DNA of 64,000 nt. Source: a virus. Taxonomy: Duplodnaviria; Caudoviricetes. The notes under the pieces are model-generated. The model saw only the letters and a list, made by a program, of their open reading frames with translations, did no database searches and was not told the DNA's origin. The stretch's first letter is position 1. Each line of letters opens with the position of its first letter. Made by a program: the position numbers and the translations under genes. The stretch is taken from IMG/VR virus record IMGVR_UViG_3300020471_000006, positions 1-64,000 of that record. One strand, written 5' to 3'. Below, piece after piece: positions 27,748 to 37,671 of this stretch.

Positions 27748-27780
27748 TGTTTGAAGTCTGATATAAATACCTAATGAAGT

Positions 27781-28113
27781 ATGACTACCCTTATGGTGGA
27801 AGAGAGTCAGAGAAAGGATAAAAGGAAGACAGCGAAAAGGATAATCAAGCTTGCCAAAAAGCATCCAGAGTGGTATACTAAAGAGGATGTCAAGTACGCT
27901 AAGTATATACGAAAATCACTGAAGAAAAAACATTATGCAACAGGTGAAGTTAGTAACGGTGACTCCGAAAGCGGAGGAGACGATGGGTTACGTGGCGAGA
28001 GTCAGCAATCCAAACAATCAAGACAACCCAAACGTAGCTGGTTTACTAAGTTACTGTATCAAGCACGGTCATTGGTCGGTCTTCGAGCAAGCACACATGA
28101 CGGTGGAGATTGA
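27781..28113 (+). CDS. basic hypothetical protein, 3' part overlaps thyX
   Basis: TATAAATA at 27762; Lys-rich N-half. Confidence 0.55.
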   Translation: MTTLMVEESQRKDKRKTAKRIIKLAKKHPEWYTKEDVKYAKYIRKSLKKKHYATGEVSNGDSESGGDDGLRGESQQSKQSRQPKRSWFTKLLYQARSLVGLRASTHDGGD

Positions 28114-28573
28114 GACCACTCGTGGTCTTGCTGCACAGATACTAAGACATAGATCATTCACATATCAAGAGTTCTCTCAAAGATATGCTGATGTTTCTCA
28201 TATCAGGGAAGATATTCCTCTACCTGAACTTCGTAGACAAGATACAAAGAACAGACAGAATAGTATTGATGATATAGATCCTCATACTAGACAGAACTAT
28301 GAGATTGAGATGCGAAAGCATTTTGATGCTGGTATTGATTTGTATAAGAAGATGCTTCATGCTGGTATAGCAAAGGAGTGTGCTCGGTTTGTACTACCTC
28401 TTGCTACACCGACTCGGTTATATATGACAGGTAGTGTACGTTCTTGGGTACATTACATTGACCTACGTTCTGCACATGGAACCCAAAAGGAACACATGGA
28501 TATAGCAGAGATGGTTAGGTCTATTTTTATTCAAGAATTTCCTATAGTATCTAAAGCATTGGAGTGGAATTAA
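27935..28573 (+). CDS. thyX: flavin-dependent thymidylate synthase
   Basis: HWSVFEQ, QILRHRSFTYQEFSQRY, ECARFVLP, TQKEH. Confidence 0.97.
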   Translation: MQQVKLVTVTPKAEETMGYVARVSNPNNQDNPNVAGLLSYCIKHGHWSVFEQAHMTVEIETTRGLAAQILRHRSFTYQEFSQRYADVSHIREDIPLPELRRQDTKNRQNSIDDIDPHTRQNYEIEMRKHFDAGIDLYKKMLHAGIAKECARFVLPLATPTRLYMTGSVRSWVHYIDLRSAHGTQKEHMDIAEMVRSIFIQEFPIVSKALEWN

Positions 28574-28574
28574 T

Positions 28575-28838
28575 ATGCCAACATATCCTGTAATAAATTT
28601 AAAAACTAAAGAGAAACAAGAACTCTCCATGACTATGAAAGAATATGATCAGTGGAGAAAAGATAATCCTGACTGGGATAAAGATTGGCAAGCAGGTGTC
28701 TGTGGTGATGTTGCAGAGGTGGGTGACTGGCGTGACAAGATGAGTAAGACACATCCAGGATGGAAAGATGTTATTGGTAGAGTTGGAAAGGTTGATAAGG
28801 GATGGGATCGTCGTGGATATGATTGGGGGCAAGGTTAA
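28575..28838 (+). CDS. conserved T4-like hypothetical protein upstream of phoH
   Basis: MPTYP..N..T.E... Confidence 0.8.
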   Translation: MPTYPVINLKTKEKQELSMTMKEYDQWRKDNPDWDKDWQAGVCGDVAEVGDWRDKMSKTHPGWKDVIGRVGKVDKGWDRRGYDWGQG

Positions 28839-29575
28839 TGGCAGTGAAACAAAGAAAAACTAAGATGTCTAAGAGGCAGATGAGGCGTAAGAAGCCTATC
28901 GATTCGTCTTATATGACAGACATCAAACCACTCACAGAGAACCAAGAGTTGTTCTTTAAAGATTGGAGTGAAGATAAAAACATCTTTGCCTATGGTTGTG
29001 CTGGTACAGGTAAGACATTCATTGCATTGTACCTTGCACTTAAGGATGTACTAAGTGACTTCACACCATATGATAAGGTCTATATTGTTAGGTCTCTTGT
29101 AGCAACAAGAGAGATTGGTTTCCTACCAGGAGATCATGAAGATAAGTCTGACATCTATCAAATACCATACAAGAATATGGTTCAGGCAATGTTTGAAATG
29201 CCTGATGACGCTAGTTTCGAAATGTTATATGAAAATCTTAAGCACCAAGAGACTATTTCCTTCTGGTCTACATCGTTCCTTCGTGGTACAACTCTTGACA
29301 ATGCTATTGTTATTGTTGATGAGTGTCAGAATCTTAACTTCCACGAGCTTGATTCTATCATGACTCGTGTTGGACAAGACTCTAAGATTATGTTCTGTGG
29401 TGATGTTAATCAGACAGACTTGACTAGAGACAAAGAGAAGAATGGTATCGTAGACTTCCAACGTATCCTTGAGAACATGGAAGAGTTTTCTATGGTTGAG
29501 TTTGGGGTAGGAGATATCGTTCGTTCTGGATTGATAAAGTCTTATCTCATTAGTAAGATGTCGCTTAGTTTATAA
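28838..29575 (+). CDS. phoH: PhoH-like ATPase
   Basis: GCAGTGKT, EIGFLPG, FLRGTTL, IVDECQN, GDVNQTD. Confidence 0.96.
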   Translation: MAVKQRKTKMSKRQMRRKKPIDSSYMTDIKPLTENQELFFKDWSEDKNIFAYGCAGTGKTFIALYLALKDVLSDFTPYDKVYIVRSLVATREIGFLPGDHEDKSDIYQIPYKNMVQAMFEMPDDASFEMLYENLKHQETISFWSTSFLRGTTLDNAIVIVDECQNLNFHELDSIMTRVGQDSKIMFCGDVNQTDLTRDKEKNGIVDFQRILENMEEFSMVEFGVGDIVRSGLIKSYLISKMSLSL

Positions 29576-30246
29576 TGTTTATACACAAGGAGGACATCGA
29601 TCCTATTGCAATGAATGCTAAGATGGTAGAAGGTAGGAGGTTGTATGCCACACCTAGTGGTCACAACTATCCTTCTATCACTACAGTCATTAGTAATAAC
29701 CCTGCTAAGAAGGCTGGCATTGCTAAGTGGAGAGCAAGGATAGGTAATGCTAAGGCAGATGCTATCTGTAAACGTTCTACTACTAGAGGGACAACGTATC
29801 ATTCTATTGTTGAAGATTACTTTAATAATAATCTAGACATAGATTCTTACAAGGATTCTCCTTTACCTGTAGTCATGTTTAATTCAAGTAGGCATGTTCT
29901 AGATAGGATAAATAATATATTCTTGCAAGAGGCAGCACTATACTCTGATCATCTTGAAATTGCTGGTCGTGTCGATTGTATTGCTGAATTTGATGGAGTT
30001 CTATCCATCATAGACTTTAAGACTGCTGCCGAACCTAAGAAAGAGGCTTACCTTTACGACTATTATATCCAAGAGACAGCATATGCATGTTGTTTACAGG
30101 AGATTTATGGTATAACTGTTAAACAACTGGTGACTATTGTCGCATGTGAAAACGGTGAGACACAAGTAAAAGTAATTCCACCAAAGAAAGAGTTTCTTTT
30201 GACACTCATTCAGTACATCGACCAGTATAAAAACAAGTATGGATAA
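29575..30246 (+). CDS. PD-(D/E)XK exonuclease
   Basis: YPSITTV, RGT.YH, AGRVDCIA, IIDFKT, Q..AYA. Confidence 0.9.
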   Translation: MFIHKEDIDPIAMNAKMVEGRRLYATPSGHNYPSITTVISNNPAKKAGIAKWRARIGNAKADAICKRSTTRGTTYHSIVEDYFNNNLDIDSYKDSPLPVVMFNSSRHVLDRINNIFLQEAALYSDHLEIAGRVDCIAEFDGVLSIIDFKTAAEPKKEAYLYDYYIQETAYACCLQEIYGITVKQLVTIVACENGETQVKVIPPKKEFLLTLIQYIDQYKNKYG

Positions 30247-30493
30247 ATCAAAACTACTAGAGGATAAATTTATGACACCTGCAAAGTTTTCGCAGGAAGT
30301 TGAGAAGATTGCTATCCACAATTCTGATATGAATTATATTGATGCAGTTCTACACTTCTGTGAAGTGAATGAGATTGAAGTGGAATCAGTACCTAAGTTA
30401 CTATCGAAACCACTGAAAGAAAAGATTAAATATGAAGCACAGGAACTAAACTTTATTAAAAAAACATCAAGAGCAAAATTACTTCTAGTCTAA
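30239..30493 (+). CDS. gp33: late transcription coactivator gp33
   Basis: YIDAVLHFCE.NEIE.E...LKEKIKYEA. Confidence 0.9.
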   Translation: MDKSKLLEDKFMTPAKFSQEVEKIAIHNSDMNYIDAVLHFCEVNEIEVESVPKLLSKPLKEKIKYEAQELNFIKKTSRAKLLLV

Positions 30494-30840
30494 TGGGAAA
30501 ATTCTTTCAGTCCGAACTGGTACGTGGTACTATACAAGAGATGACAGTACTCCAAGAGTTCTGTTTCAAGTCTGCTATGAACCTTCCCCTATTAAAAAGG
30601 GAGCAGCAGTTAGAATATTTTGATGCTTTGATACAGTTGATAGAGAAACAAAAGATATTTTATACTCGTATCCAATTGACTGATGATCCAGAGGCAGAGT
30701 CTATCAAGGAGAACATGAAGCAAGCAGCACTGTTGCTTGGTGGTGACCCTAACATGGATGTACTTAACATGTTCAACGACTTGTTAAAGAAAGTTACAGC
30801 ATACAGAAAACATGTTGAAGGGCTTGACAAAGGTTCCTAA
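30493..30840 (+). CDS. conserved cyanophage helical protein (DUF1825-like)
   Basis: FF.SELV...LIEKQKIFYTRIQLTDDPEA. Confidence 0.75.
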   Translation: MGKFFQSELVRGTIQEMTVLQEFCFKSAMNLPLLKREQQLEYFDALIQLIEKQKIFYTRIQLTDDPEAESIKENMKQAALLLGGDPNMDVLNMFNDLLKKVTAYRKHVEGLDKGS

Positions 30841-30854
30841 CCGTGCTATAAATA
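30824..30854 (+). promoter_or_regulatory. overlapping sigma70 and late promoter
   Basis: TTGACA-17 nt-TATAAA, with the -10 being part of TATAAATA. Confidence 0.75.
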
Positions 30855-30858
30855 TAAA

Positions 30859-31060
30859 TGTCGGGTTAGCTACCTGACAAGGGAGTGACTGAATTAAACT
30901 TGCTGGCAATGGTCTAGTTAAGGTGATGAGTCAGAGGTGGTGCTCGCTGTTGGGAACAACAGAACTGTCCAACCAGACAGGACTCATGCAGTACAGTAAA
31001 AATTTACTTATGTAGAAATGCCCTGTACTTGTAGGTACACATTATTCCTACCTCCCACCC
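30859..31060 (+). ncRNA. large structured leader RNA, manA-motif-like
   Basis: Stems TGTCGGGT/ACCTGACA, GGGAG/CTCCC, ATGAGTC/GACTCAT, CTGTTG/CAACAG, CTGTC/GACAG, GTACAG/CTGTAC, GTAGG/CCTAC; family name from memory. Confidence 0.65.
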
Positions 31061-31085
31061 CAAATCCAATTAAATCTAAAACAAT

Positions 31086-32003
31086 ATGTCATTCGCAGAA
31101 TTAAAGAAAAAATCAAGTAGCAATTTTCAATTCCTTCAGAAGGAACTAGAGAAATCATCATCAAACAACAACGCTGATGATAGATTTTGGAAACCAGAAG
31201 TTGACGCAAGCGGTAACGGTTATGCAGTCATCAGATTTTTACCAGCACCAGATGGTGAAACAGTACCTTGGGCAAAGTTATATTCACATGCCTTTCAAGG
31301 ACCAGGTGGTTGGTACATTGAGAACAGTCTCACAACATTAGGTGAGAAGGATCCAGTAGGTGAAGTCAACCGCAGACTATGGAACAGTGGTGAAGATGCA
31401 GATAAAGATACTGCACGTAAGCAGAAGCGTAAGCTTTCATACTACAGCAACATCTATGTTGTAAAAGATCCAAAGAACCCTGAGAATGAGGGTAAAGTAT
31501 TCTTGTACAAGTATGGCAAGAAGATCCACGATAAGATTCTTGCAGCAATGCAACCTGAGTTCCAAGATGAGACACCTATCAATGTGTTTGATCTTTGGGA
31601 AGGTGCTAACTTCAAGTTGAAGATCAAAAAGGTAGCAGGTTACTGGAACTATGACAGCAGTGAGTTTGATAGTGTTAGTGCTCTTAGTGCAGATGACTCT
31701 GAACTTGAAGCAACATGGAAGTTGGAGCACTCCCTCGAAGCGTTCACAGCAAAAGACAACTTCAAGTCCTACGACGACCTCGAAGCAAGATTGAATCTTG
31801 TTTTAGGTACTGGTCAACGTAGACAAGCAGCACCTGTTGCTGAAGAACTTGAGGTTCCTATTACTGCACCACCAACAGCAAGTGTTACTCCTTCATCTTT
31901 TAGAGAGAAGGTAGGTGCTGCTGCTAGTCCAGTTAAGAAGGAAGCAGTCGTTGATGATGACGATGCACTATCATACTTTGCATCACTAGCATCTGATGAC
32001 TAA
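31086..32003 (+). CDS. gp32: single-stranded DNA-binding protein gp32
   Basis: DDRFWK, GNGYAVIRFLP, HAFQGPGGWYIENS, NFKLKI, NYDSSEF. Confidence 0.97.
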   Translation: MSFAELKKKSSSNFQFLQKELEKSSSNNNADDRFWKPEVDASGNGYAVIRFLPAPDGETVPWAKLYSHAFQGPGGWYIENSLTTLGEKDPVGEVNRRLWNSGEDADKDTARKQKRKLSYYSNIYVVKDPKNPENEGKVFLYKYGKKIHDKILAAMQPEFQDETPINVFDLWEGANFKLKIKKVAGYWNYDSSEFDSVSALSADDSELEATWKLEHSLEAFTAKDNFKSYDDLEARLNLVLGTGQRRQAAPVAEELEVPITAPPTASVTPSSFREKVGAAASPVKKEAVVDDDDALSYFASLASDD

Positions 32004-32643
32004 CACAGTTGACCTCTGGGTCAACTATAAAAAAGTTCTTGATGATGTTTTCCCTGAGTTTAAATTTGATTCACGGTGGTGTGAGTGGACAGGTAAAGGT
32101 GGTATGCAATTAACAGCAGACATCTTTACTGCTCCTCATTTTATAAAGTCAAGACGAGTAGATATCTACAATAAAAAATGTGATATCTATAACAATGTAA
32201 TCTATCCTAAGACAGGGAGTTATCTTCCCTGTTTCGGGATGGATCTCATGGGTTTCCATGAAAAGAAAGTCATCATTGTATTTGACTTTCAACATCCAGT
32301 TGAAAAGTTTTTATTTTCTTTACCTAATTTACCTAAAGCAGAAAGAGACTACAGGTTCTTTGAGATGGGCAACCATTTTTCAGAGAACATTTTTGTTAGG
32401 TACTGTACCTTTGATGAAGTAGATAACTATCTACCAGAATTCAGACAGTATCTTGAGGTGTATCGTAGTATGATTGATGAAGCACTACCAACTGGTGAGG
32501 ACACATCATTCTATAAAGACTTTGATATTTACATGAAGAAACTTGATCCTATCTTAGGATATATGACAGGCATCTTCGGTAAAGATAAAGCTGACAAAAT
32601 GATGGATGAGTTCTTCTTCTCGTATGCTGATGAAAACAAATGA
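31996..32643 (+). CDS. pebS: phycoerythrobilin synthase
   Basis: YPKTG..LPCFGMDLM, IIVFDFQHP, YRFFEMGNHFS, LDP..GYM. Confidence 0.92.
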   Translation: MTNTVDLWVNYKKVLDDVFPEFKFDSRWCEWTGKGGMQLTADIFTAPHFIKSRRVDIYNKKCDIYNNVIYPKTGSYLPCFGMDLMGFHEKKVIIVFDFQHPVEKFLFSLPNLPKAERDYRFFEMGNHFSENIFVRYCTFDEVDNYLPEFRQYLEVYRSMIDEALPTGEDTSFYKDFDIYMKKLDPILGYMTGIFGKDKADKMMDEFFFSYADENK

Positions 32644-32809
32644 AGTATTGGGTAACCCACTTTGGTTTACCCCAGTCATGATGTTAGCAGTACTATTACT
32701 GATAGAAGGTCTTCACACCTCTGCACATCTTCATCAAGAGATAGATGTGCATGGTATCTGTAGGCAGAACAAAGAGTATATTCAGTCACTTGACGAGGCT
32801 GAGTATTAA
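32606..32809 (+). CDS. small membrane protein, start uncertain
   Basis: Hydrophobic segment; EGLHTSAH. Confidence 0.6.
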   Translation: MSSSSRMLMKTNEVLGNPLWFTPVMMLAVLLLIEGLHTSAHLHQEIDVHGICRQNKEYIQSLDEAEY

Positions 32810-32818
32810 TGCTATAAT
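32790..32818 (+). promoter_or_regulatory. sigma70-type promoter
   Basis: TTGACG-17 nt-TATAAT with extended TG. Confidence 0.8.
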
Positions 32819-32849
32819 ATAGGTCTATTGGCCAAATAGATGATAAGAT

Positions 32850-33410
32850 ATGGAAAAGATGAAACTGATAGGGATAGGTCTGGGAGGAATTCTAGGCGTA
32901 TCCCATCTTGCTATGATAGGTACGCTTGCTACTCGTAGTAACCTACCAACATTAAATGTACCAGTCAATGAGTACACATCCTACAGAGCAAGAGTTACTA
33001 AGGATGGATATGATATAGAATACCGAGCAAATGATCCTAAGACTGTTGTGATAACAGAGGAGGTCAAAGAGAAAGGTGGCTTTCTGGGACTCGCTAACGA
33101 AAATAAAACTGTCGTTAAAGAAGTACCTGTTGATGGGTCACTCTATCCTAGAACACAGAAATATCAAAGAGACGCTTGGGAATCAACAGAGAGAGAACAA
33201 AGATCTGAAGCCTGCGTCAAAGCAATCGGTGGAGGAGAAGGAACAGGTAGAATTGTCGGTGGTAGCGTTGGTGCTGCTGTTGCTACTACTGGTCTTGCCT
33301 CTATCCCTTATGTTGGTTGGGTGCTTGCTGGTGCTGCTACGATGATCGGAATGGATCAAGGTGCAGAGATCGGTGGTAACATGGCAGAAGACTTAAATAA
33401 AAATTGCTAG
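32850..33410 (+). CDS. glycine-zipper membrane protein
   Basis: C-terminal GGSVGAA...GAEIGG. Confidence 0.75.
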   Translation: MEKMKLIGIGLGGILGVSHLAMIGTLATRSNLPTLNVPVNEYTSYRARVTKDGYDIEYRANDPKTVVITEEVKEKGGFLGLANENKTVVKEVPVDGSLYPRTQKYQRDAWESTEREQRSEACVKAIGGGEGTGRIVGGSVGAAVATTGLASIPYVGWVLAGAATMIGMDQGAEIGGNMAEDLNKNC

Positions 33411-33491
33411 GACAGTATACAAACTGACACAAGGTAGTTACATTTCAATTCTTTTTTGTGTATAATATGATTATAGAATCTAAATAAGGAA

Positions 33492-33719
33492 ATGCTAGTA
33501 GGACTATTACAGTTGGCAGAAGCAACTATGATAGCAACAACACTGTCTATTGGACTAGTTGCTACAGGTCATTCTGTTATCAGTGGTGCAGCACCACCAG
33601 ACCTAAGTACATTCATTACATCTGTTCAACCACCATATGAATCAGATGATAAGAGAATATATCCTGACTCTACTAAGAAGCAGAGAGGGGATGAACTACC
33701 TGAACTAATCTCTAAGTAA
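33492..33719 (+). CDS. hypothetical protein
   Basis: 75 aa; AAGG RBS; promoters upstream. Confidence 0.6.
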   Translation: MLVGLLQLAEATMIATTLSIGLVATGHSVISGAAPPDLSTFITSVQPPYESDDKRIYPDSTKKQRGDELPELISK

Positions 33720-33726
33720 AAAACTA

Positions 33727-34131
33727 ATGACAAATTCAAACTTTACACCTGAGTATAACAATGAACCAGTGCCAGGCACTGAGGTGACAGAGCAACCTGG
33801 ATTGTATCCAGAGAACATTGCACCTGATACTCCTGATGGTGTTGTTAACGTACCATATCCAACAGATGATTCTGCTAATGGTAGTGTTACTTTCGATGCA
33901 TCAACTGCTGATGAAACTTTTACAGTAGACTATCCACCAGCACCTCTTGATCCTCGTGTAGATCATGTTCTTGGTTTGCTAGAAGAACTTAATGCAAAGG
34001 TTGAACATCTGCTAGAGCATGCACATAAAGAAGCTGACTGTTGTCCACCACCAGAACCACCAGTAGTGTACGAAGGTTTGGTAACGTTACAACCTGTGCC
34101 ACAGACACCACCACCAGAATACCAAAATTGA
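33727..34131 (+). CDS. acidic Pro-rich hypothetical protein
   Basis: 134 aa. Confidence 0.7.
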   Translation: MTNSNFTPEYNNEPVPGTEVTEQPGLYPENIAPDTPDGVVNVPYPTDDSANGSVTFDASTADETFTVDYPPAPLDPRVDHVLGLLEELNAKVEHLLEHAHKEADCCPPPEPPVVYEGLVTLQPVPQTPPPEYQN

Positions 34132-34148
34132 TTTTTCAATTCCATAAA

Positions 34149-34177
34149 ACCCCGAAAAATTTTCGGGGTATTTTTTT
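34149..34177. terminator. bidirectional terminator between convergent genes
   Basis: ACCCCGAAAA/TTTTCGGGGT inverted repeat with flanking A and T runs. Confidence 0.75.
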
Positions 34178-34190
34178 GCCTAAAAGTTTT

Positions 34191-34469
34191 TTATCCTACC
34201 CACTTAGGTATGTAAACAAAAAACAGAACACAACCCCAGAATGTTACAAGGGCAACGATGTCTGTAAGTCTTTGGTTACCTGCTAGTATGAGTCCTAGAA
34301 TAACTCCACCAAGCCATACCCAATCCATTGTTGAATGAAACTTCTTCCATCCATCACCAAATTCTTTGATGAGTTCGTCTCTTAATTGTGCAAAGAATTT
34401 AGACTGGTGTCGCATGATAACGAACCCTTCATTAAATACCATCACAAAAAATCCAATCCAAAATATCAT
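34191..34469 (-). CDS. membrane protein
   Basis: 92 aa, three hydrophobic segments. Confidence 0.75.
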   Translation of the reverse strand: MIFWIGFFVMVFNEGFVIMRHQSKFFAQLRDELIKEFGDGWKKFHSTMDWVWLGGVILGLILAGNQRLTDIVALVTFWGCVLFFVYIPKWVG

Positions 34470-35122
34470 ACTGTTGAAGTTTTCTTTAGTGTTGACGTTA
34501 TGAAGTCAGATGATTCTTTATACTTGTTAGTCTTCTTGAAATCTGATAAAAATACATCGATCAATGCTGGTTTGAGTAGATATATCTCTCTGTATTTTTC
34601 GTTCTTCTGTACTTCATAATCATAATTATATATTACCTTTGCCAATGCTGTGCCTGGTATACTAATAGGACCAGTTCCATTGTTGAGGTCATGGAAACTA
34701 TTATACCATGATTGATTTACTTTTAGACCAGCAGGTATTAAAACGTTACCTTTGATGTCTTTGTATTCAATAGTTTCGTAATGATGTACACCACTATATG
34801 CTTTGTCACCATACTTATTTTCACTATGAATTCTTATAGCATTATCATCCATTGGTAAATCATAACCAGGATTCACCATGTTATTTGTTATTGCTATCAC
34901 CCAGTCATATTTCACACTACCATAAACTTTATCTGAAATAGTATCTAATCTTTCACCTGTTTGTAAGACATACTTGTCAAAGTATATTGCAAAGTCATAT
35001 ATGTTTTCATCTATCTTATACTTCTTGAAGAAATTCTTCGCAATAGTATAGTCAGCTGCCGAAAACGGATAACTGATAGGAGATTTAGTATATTCTATAC
35101 TAGGTAGTAATGAAAAGAACAT
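34466..35122 (-). CDS. gp53: baseplate wedge protein gp53
   Basis: GERLDTISDKVYG...DWVI...HHYET...NE..R.I.LLKP. Confidence 0.88.
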   Translation of the reverse strand: MFFSLLPSIEYTKSPISYPFSAADYTIAKNFFKKYKIDENIYDFAIYFDKYVLQTGERLDTISDKVYGSVKYDWVIAITNNMVNPGYDLPMDDNAIRIHSENKYGDKAYSGVHHYETIEYKDIKGNVLIPAGLKVNQSWYNSFHDLNNGTGPISIPGTALAKVIYNYDYEVQKNEKYREIYLLKPALIDVFLSDFKKTNKYKESSDFITSTLKKTSTV

Positions 35123-36492
35123 TATAGTGTTGGACCGTTGTTTGCAATGTCATCTCTGAAGACAAGTTTTGTCTCTAAGAAGTCTAGTGATAGTTCTGTT
35201 GCTACTGGTGAACCATCTTCGTAAGTAGCATATGCTCCATCAGGAGTATAGTTTACTTGTACTCTTGTGATAGCACATGTTTTATATTGTGTTAGGTATG
35301 GGTGTGCTGTGTTACCTTTCATAAATGAAACCCTACATTGATGTGGTATTGTTATGAAATTTCCACCACCTAAAGCAGGATCATCTTCATCATTACTTCT
35401 ACCAAGTGTAACTAGTTCTTCTGCTAAAGATTGTTGTTCCCAATCTCTTTTACCACGAGAACCAAAACCTGGTAGTGAAGCACGTTTGAATGTGTTGCAG
35501 ATTGTTCTGATGACTTGAGCTTCTTTTTTATCATGTGGAGTCATCTTAAATTTTAATCCAAACTCTCTTAGATCTGGTTGATCGAATAGAACTTCGACGT
35601 TTGGGTTTAATATCACACCTCTAGTTGCTCCAGTAACATCATTAAAGGTTAAGTTTCCAGCCAAACCAGGAACGGCGTTGACACCTTGTGTAAACAATGA
35701 TGTGACTAGATTTTTCATACCTTGACCAACATTATAATCACCTAAAGTTTCCCATTTTCCATTAGCACCAGAAATTGCACCTCTACCTAGGTTACTAAAT
35801 GATTTAGCATTCCATGAAGTTTTATATTCAGTTGATACATCTTGAGGCATGTACATGATGATTGGTCTGTATTTTGCATTATCTTCAAATGGTTTGAAAG
35901 ATGCTGCTGATTCATTGTAACTAGCATATCTAGATCCACCTGTAGCAATATTTACAGCACTATCATCCATACCAGGAGGAACACCACTGGTATTCTTTAA
36001 CTGTAAGTCATAAAATGGTGGTAGATATTCACCAAATTCAAATAAAACATAGTCACTTTCTTTGGTTATATTATCATCATTAGGGTAACGTAATGAACCT
36101 GTTGATCCAGTTGCTTCTCCTCTTTTTTTAATTTCAATTGGGTTACCTTTAACCTCTTGTAGATTCATGTACGCAGAACTTTCTTCAGAATCTGGTATTT
36201 GAAATCCAACTTCAGGATACGCACCATTTTCTGCTACCCATTCTTCACGTAACTCCTGAATTTTCTTTTTTGTTTCCCAATCTTTTAGTAGTGCATCTAT
36301 TTCTTTCTGAGAAGCATAGAAGTATTGATTGACAGGATCAGCAGTAGAATCAGCCTTATGTACATAGAATGTATTAGTTGTTGCATCAAAATAGTAGGTC
36401 TGTCCAGCAGCATATCCTACATTACTCTGGCCATCGTGTTTTAATTGGGTTGCTGTTGATGGTATCGCTTCGATTTTTAGACTTTGTGTCAT
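35122..36492 (-). CDS. gp48: baseplate tail-tube cap gp48
   Basis: IIMYMP.D, ILNPNVE.LF, F..KMTP, K.C....V.VNYTP. Confidence 0.85.
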   Translation of the reverse strand: MTQSLKIEAIPSTATQLKHDGQSNVGYAAGQTYYFDATTNTFYVHKADSTADPVNQYFYASQKEIDALLKDWETKKKIQELREEWVAENGAYPEVGFQIPDSEESSAYMNLQEVKGNPIEIKKRGEATGSTGSLRYPNDDNITKESDYVLFEFGEYLPPFYDLQLKNTSGVPPGMDDSAVNIATGGSRYASYNESAASFKPFEDNAKYRPIIMYMPQDVSTEYKTSWNAKSFSNLGRGAISGANGKWETLGDYNVGQGMKNLVTSLFTQGVNAVPGLAGNLTFNDVTGATRGVILNPNVEVLFDQPDLREFGLKFKMTPHDKKEAQVIRTICNTFKRASLPGFGSRGKRDWEQQSLAEELVTLGRSNDEDDPALGGGNFITIPHQCRVSFMKGNTAHPYLTQYKTCAITRVQVNYTPDGAYATYEDGSPVATELSLDFLETKLVFRDDIANNGPTL

Positions 36493-37175
36493 TGTGCCAT
36501 TGCTACTGATTCTTGTGTTCCATAACCTCTCACAACTCTACGTGCTTTGATTTTATCGTAGAAGTTTTCATTAGTTTCATTCCACACCTCTTCCTTTCTG
36601 AAATTAAATTCAGATGCTTTCCGAGTAATAACAAAATCTTCTATTGGAAGTAGGATTGCTGTATCCCATTCTTCTGCATGAAGATCTAATAATAGACCAT
36701 CTATATTAGACTTAAGATATTTATGGAAGCAAGCCTTAGGTAAGTTGATTCTACCTCTCTGCAAGTCTCTTATAGCAAGTATCCTTTTCTTAGGTGTCAT
36801 ATAGTGTAGGTTAGCCCCAAAGAATTCTTTTGGATCTGATTTAATCACATAAACAAGCGGAAATTTGTCCCAATATGGTAGATATTTGGACTGTGCTTTG
36901 TATTCGAAGAGGAACATGTGACCTTGCACTGCATACCTTCTCAATACATTTCCATCTTGTTGATCTTCAGAGTCAAGAGAATCATATCTCTCATCTCTAA
37001 CAAATTTTTTATGATCTTCTTTGAATCTATTTACTTCTTTACGCACAGCATTTTTATACCATGTGTACGTTTTCTTTTCACCACCAGTTAATGTTGTTAT
37101 TTTTTCAAATATAGTTTCATATCCACTATCGTTTTTTACAGCAGATCGCTGTATGTCTCCAAATCCTTGTGCCAT
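36489..37175 (-). CDS. gp2: DNA end protector gp2-like
   Basis: FEY.A..K.LPYWDKFPLV...GANLHYM. Confidence 0.8.
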   Translation of the reverse strand: MAQGFGDIQRSAVKNDSGYETIFEKITTLTGGEKKTYTWYKNAVRKEVNRFKEDHKKFVRDERYDSLDSEDQQDGNVLRRYAVQGHMFLFEYKAQSKYLPYWDKFPLVYVIKSDPKEFFGANLHYMTPKKRILAIRDLQRGRINLPKACFHKYLKSNIDGLLLDLHAEEWDTAILLPIEDFVITRKASEFNFRKEEVWNETNENFYDKIKARRVVRGYGTQESVAMAQ

Positions 37176-37187
37176 TGTTCATATCTC

Positions 37188-37622
37188 CTACACTCCTAGG
37201 TTATCTTCAGTTAATATTAGAAAACCCATCTGCCTATCTCCACACCAGTCTTCGGCAGCATCCCATTTAGCACGGTTCTTTGCAAATGTTAGAGCAGCTC
37301 TCTTGTAGGCAGATGTTCTTTTATCTTTACCATAAGGGGGTTTTGTTTGTTTCTTTGGTTTTATTTCTATGATGTACTTACCATACGTTCCATCTTTCTT
37401 CTTTACTTTAATATAAAAATCAGGATAGTACCTGTGTGGTTTACCATCTAGAGGTGAACGGTATGGTATGATGACCTCTTCGCTACCCCATTCTATTATA
37501 GAGGTAGTTCTATCACAAAACTTCATAAAATGAAGTTCCCACGATGATCGGTAAACGATTGTAGTGGGATTACCTTTGTACTTTTTAGGGTTCTTAGGTT
37601 TATACAATCCAGTTTTAGCCAT
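37188..37622 (-). CDS. gp4: head completion nuclease gp4
   Basis: YKPKNP.KYKG, YRSSWE, W.SEE, HRYYPDF, EIKP; start ATG 37622. Confidence 0.92.
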   Translation of the reverse strand: MAKTGLYKPKNPKKYKGNPTTIVYRSSWELHFMKFCDRTTSIIEWGSEEVIIPYRSPLDGKPHRYYPDFYIKVKKKDGTYGKYIIEIKPKKQTKPPYGKDKRTSAYKRAALTFAKNRAKWDAAEDWCGDRQMGFLILTEDNLGV

Positions 37623-37671
37623 ATATAATATAGATCTCACGTTTTTATTTAGTGTGAATATTTCAAAAGTA

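Noticed and set aside
29575-30246. Cas4-like nuclease as a sign of CRISPR
   Set aside because: It is the usual phoH-exonuclease-gp33 block of T4-like phages; no repeat-spacer array or other cas gene is visible in the window.
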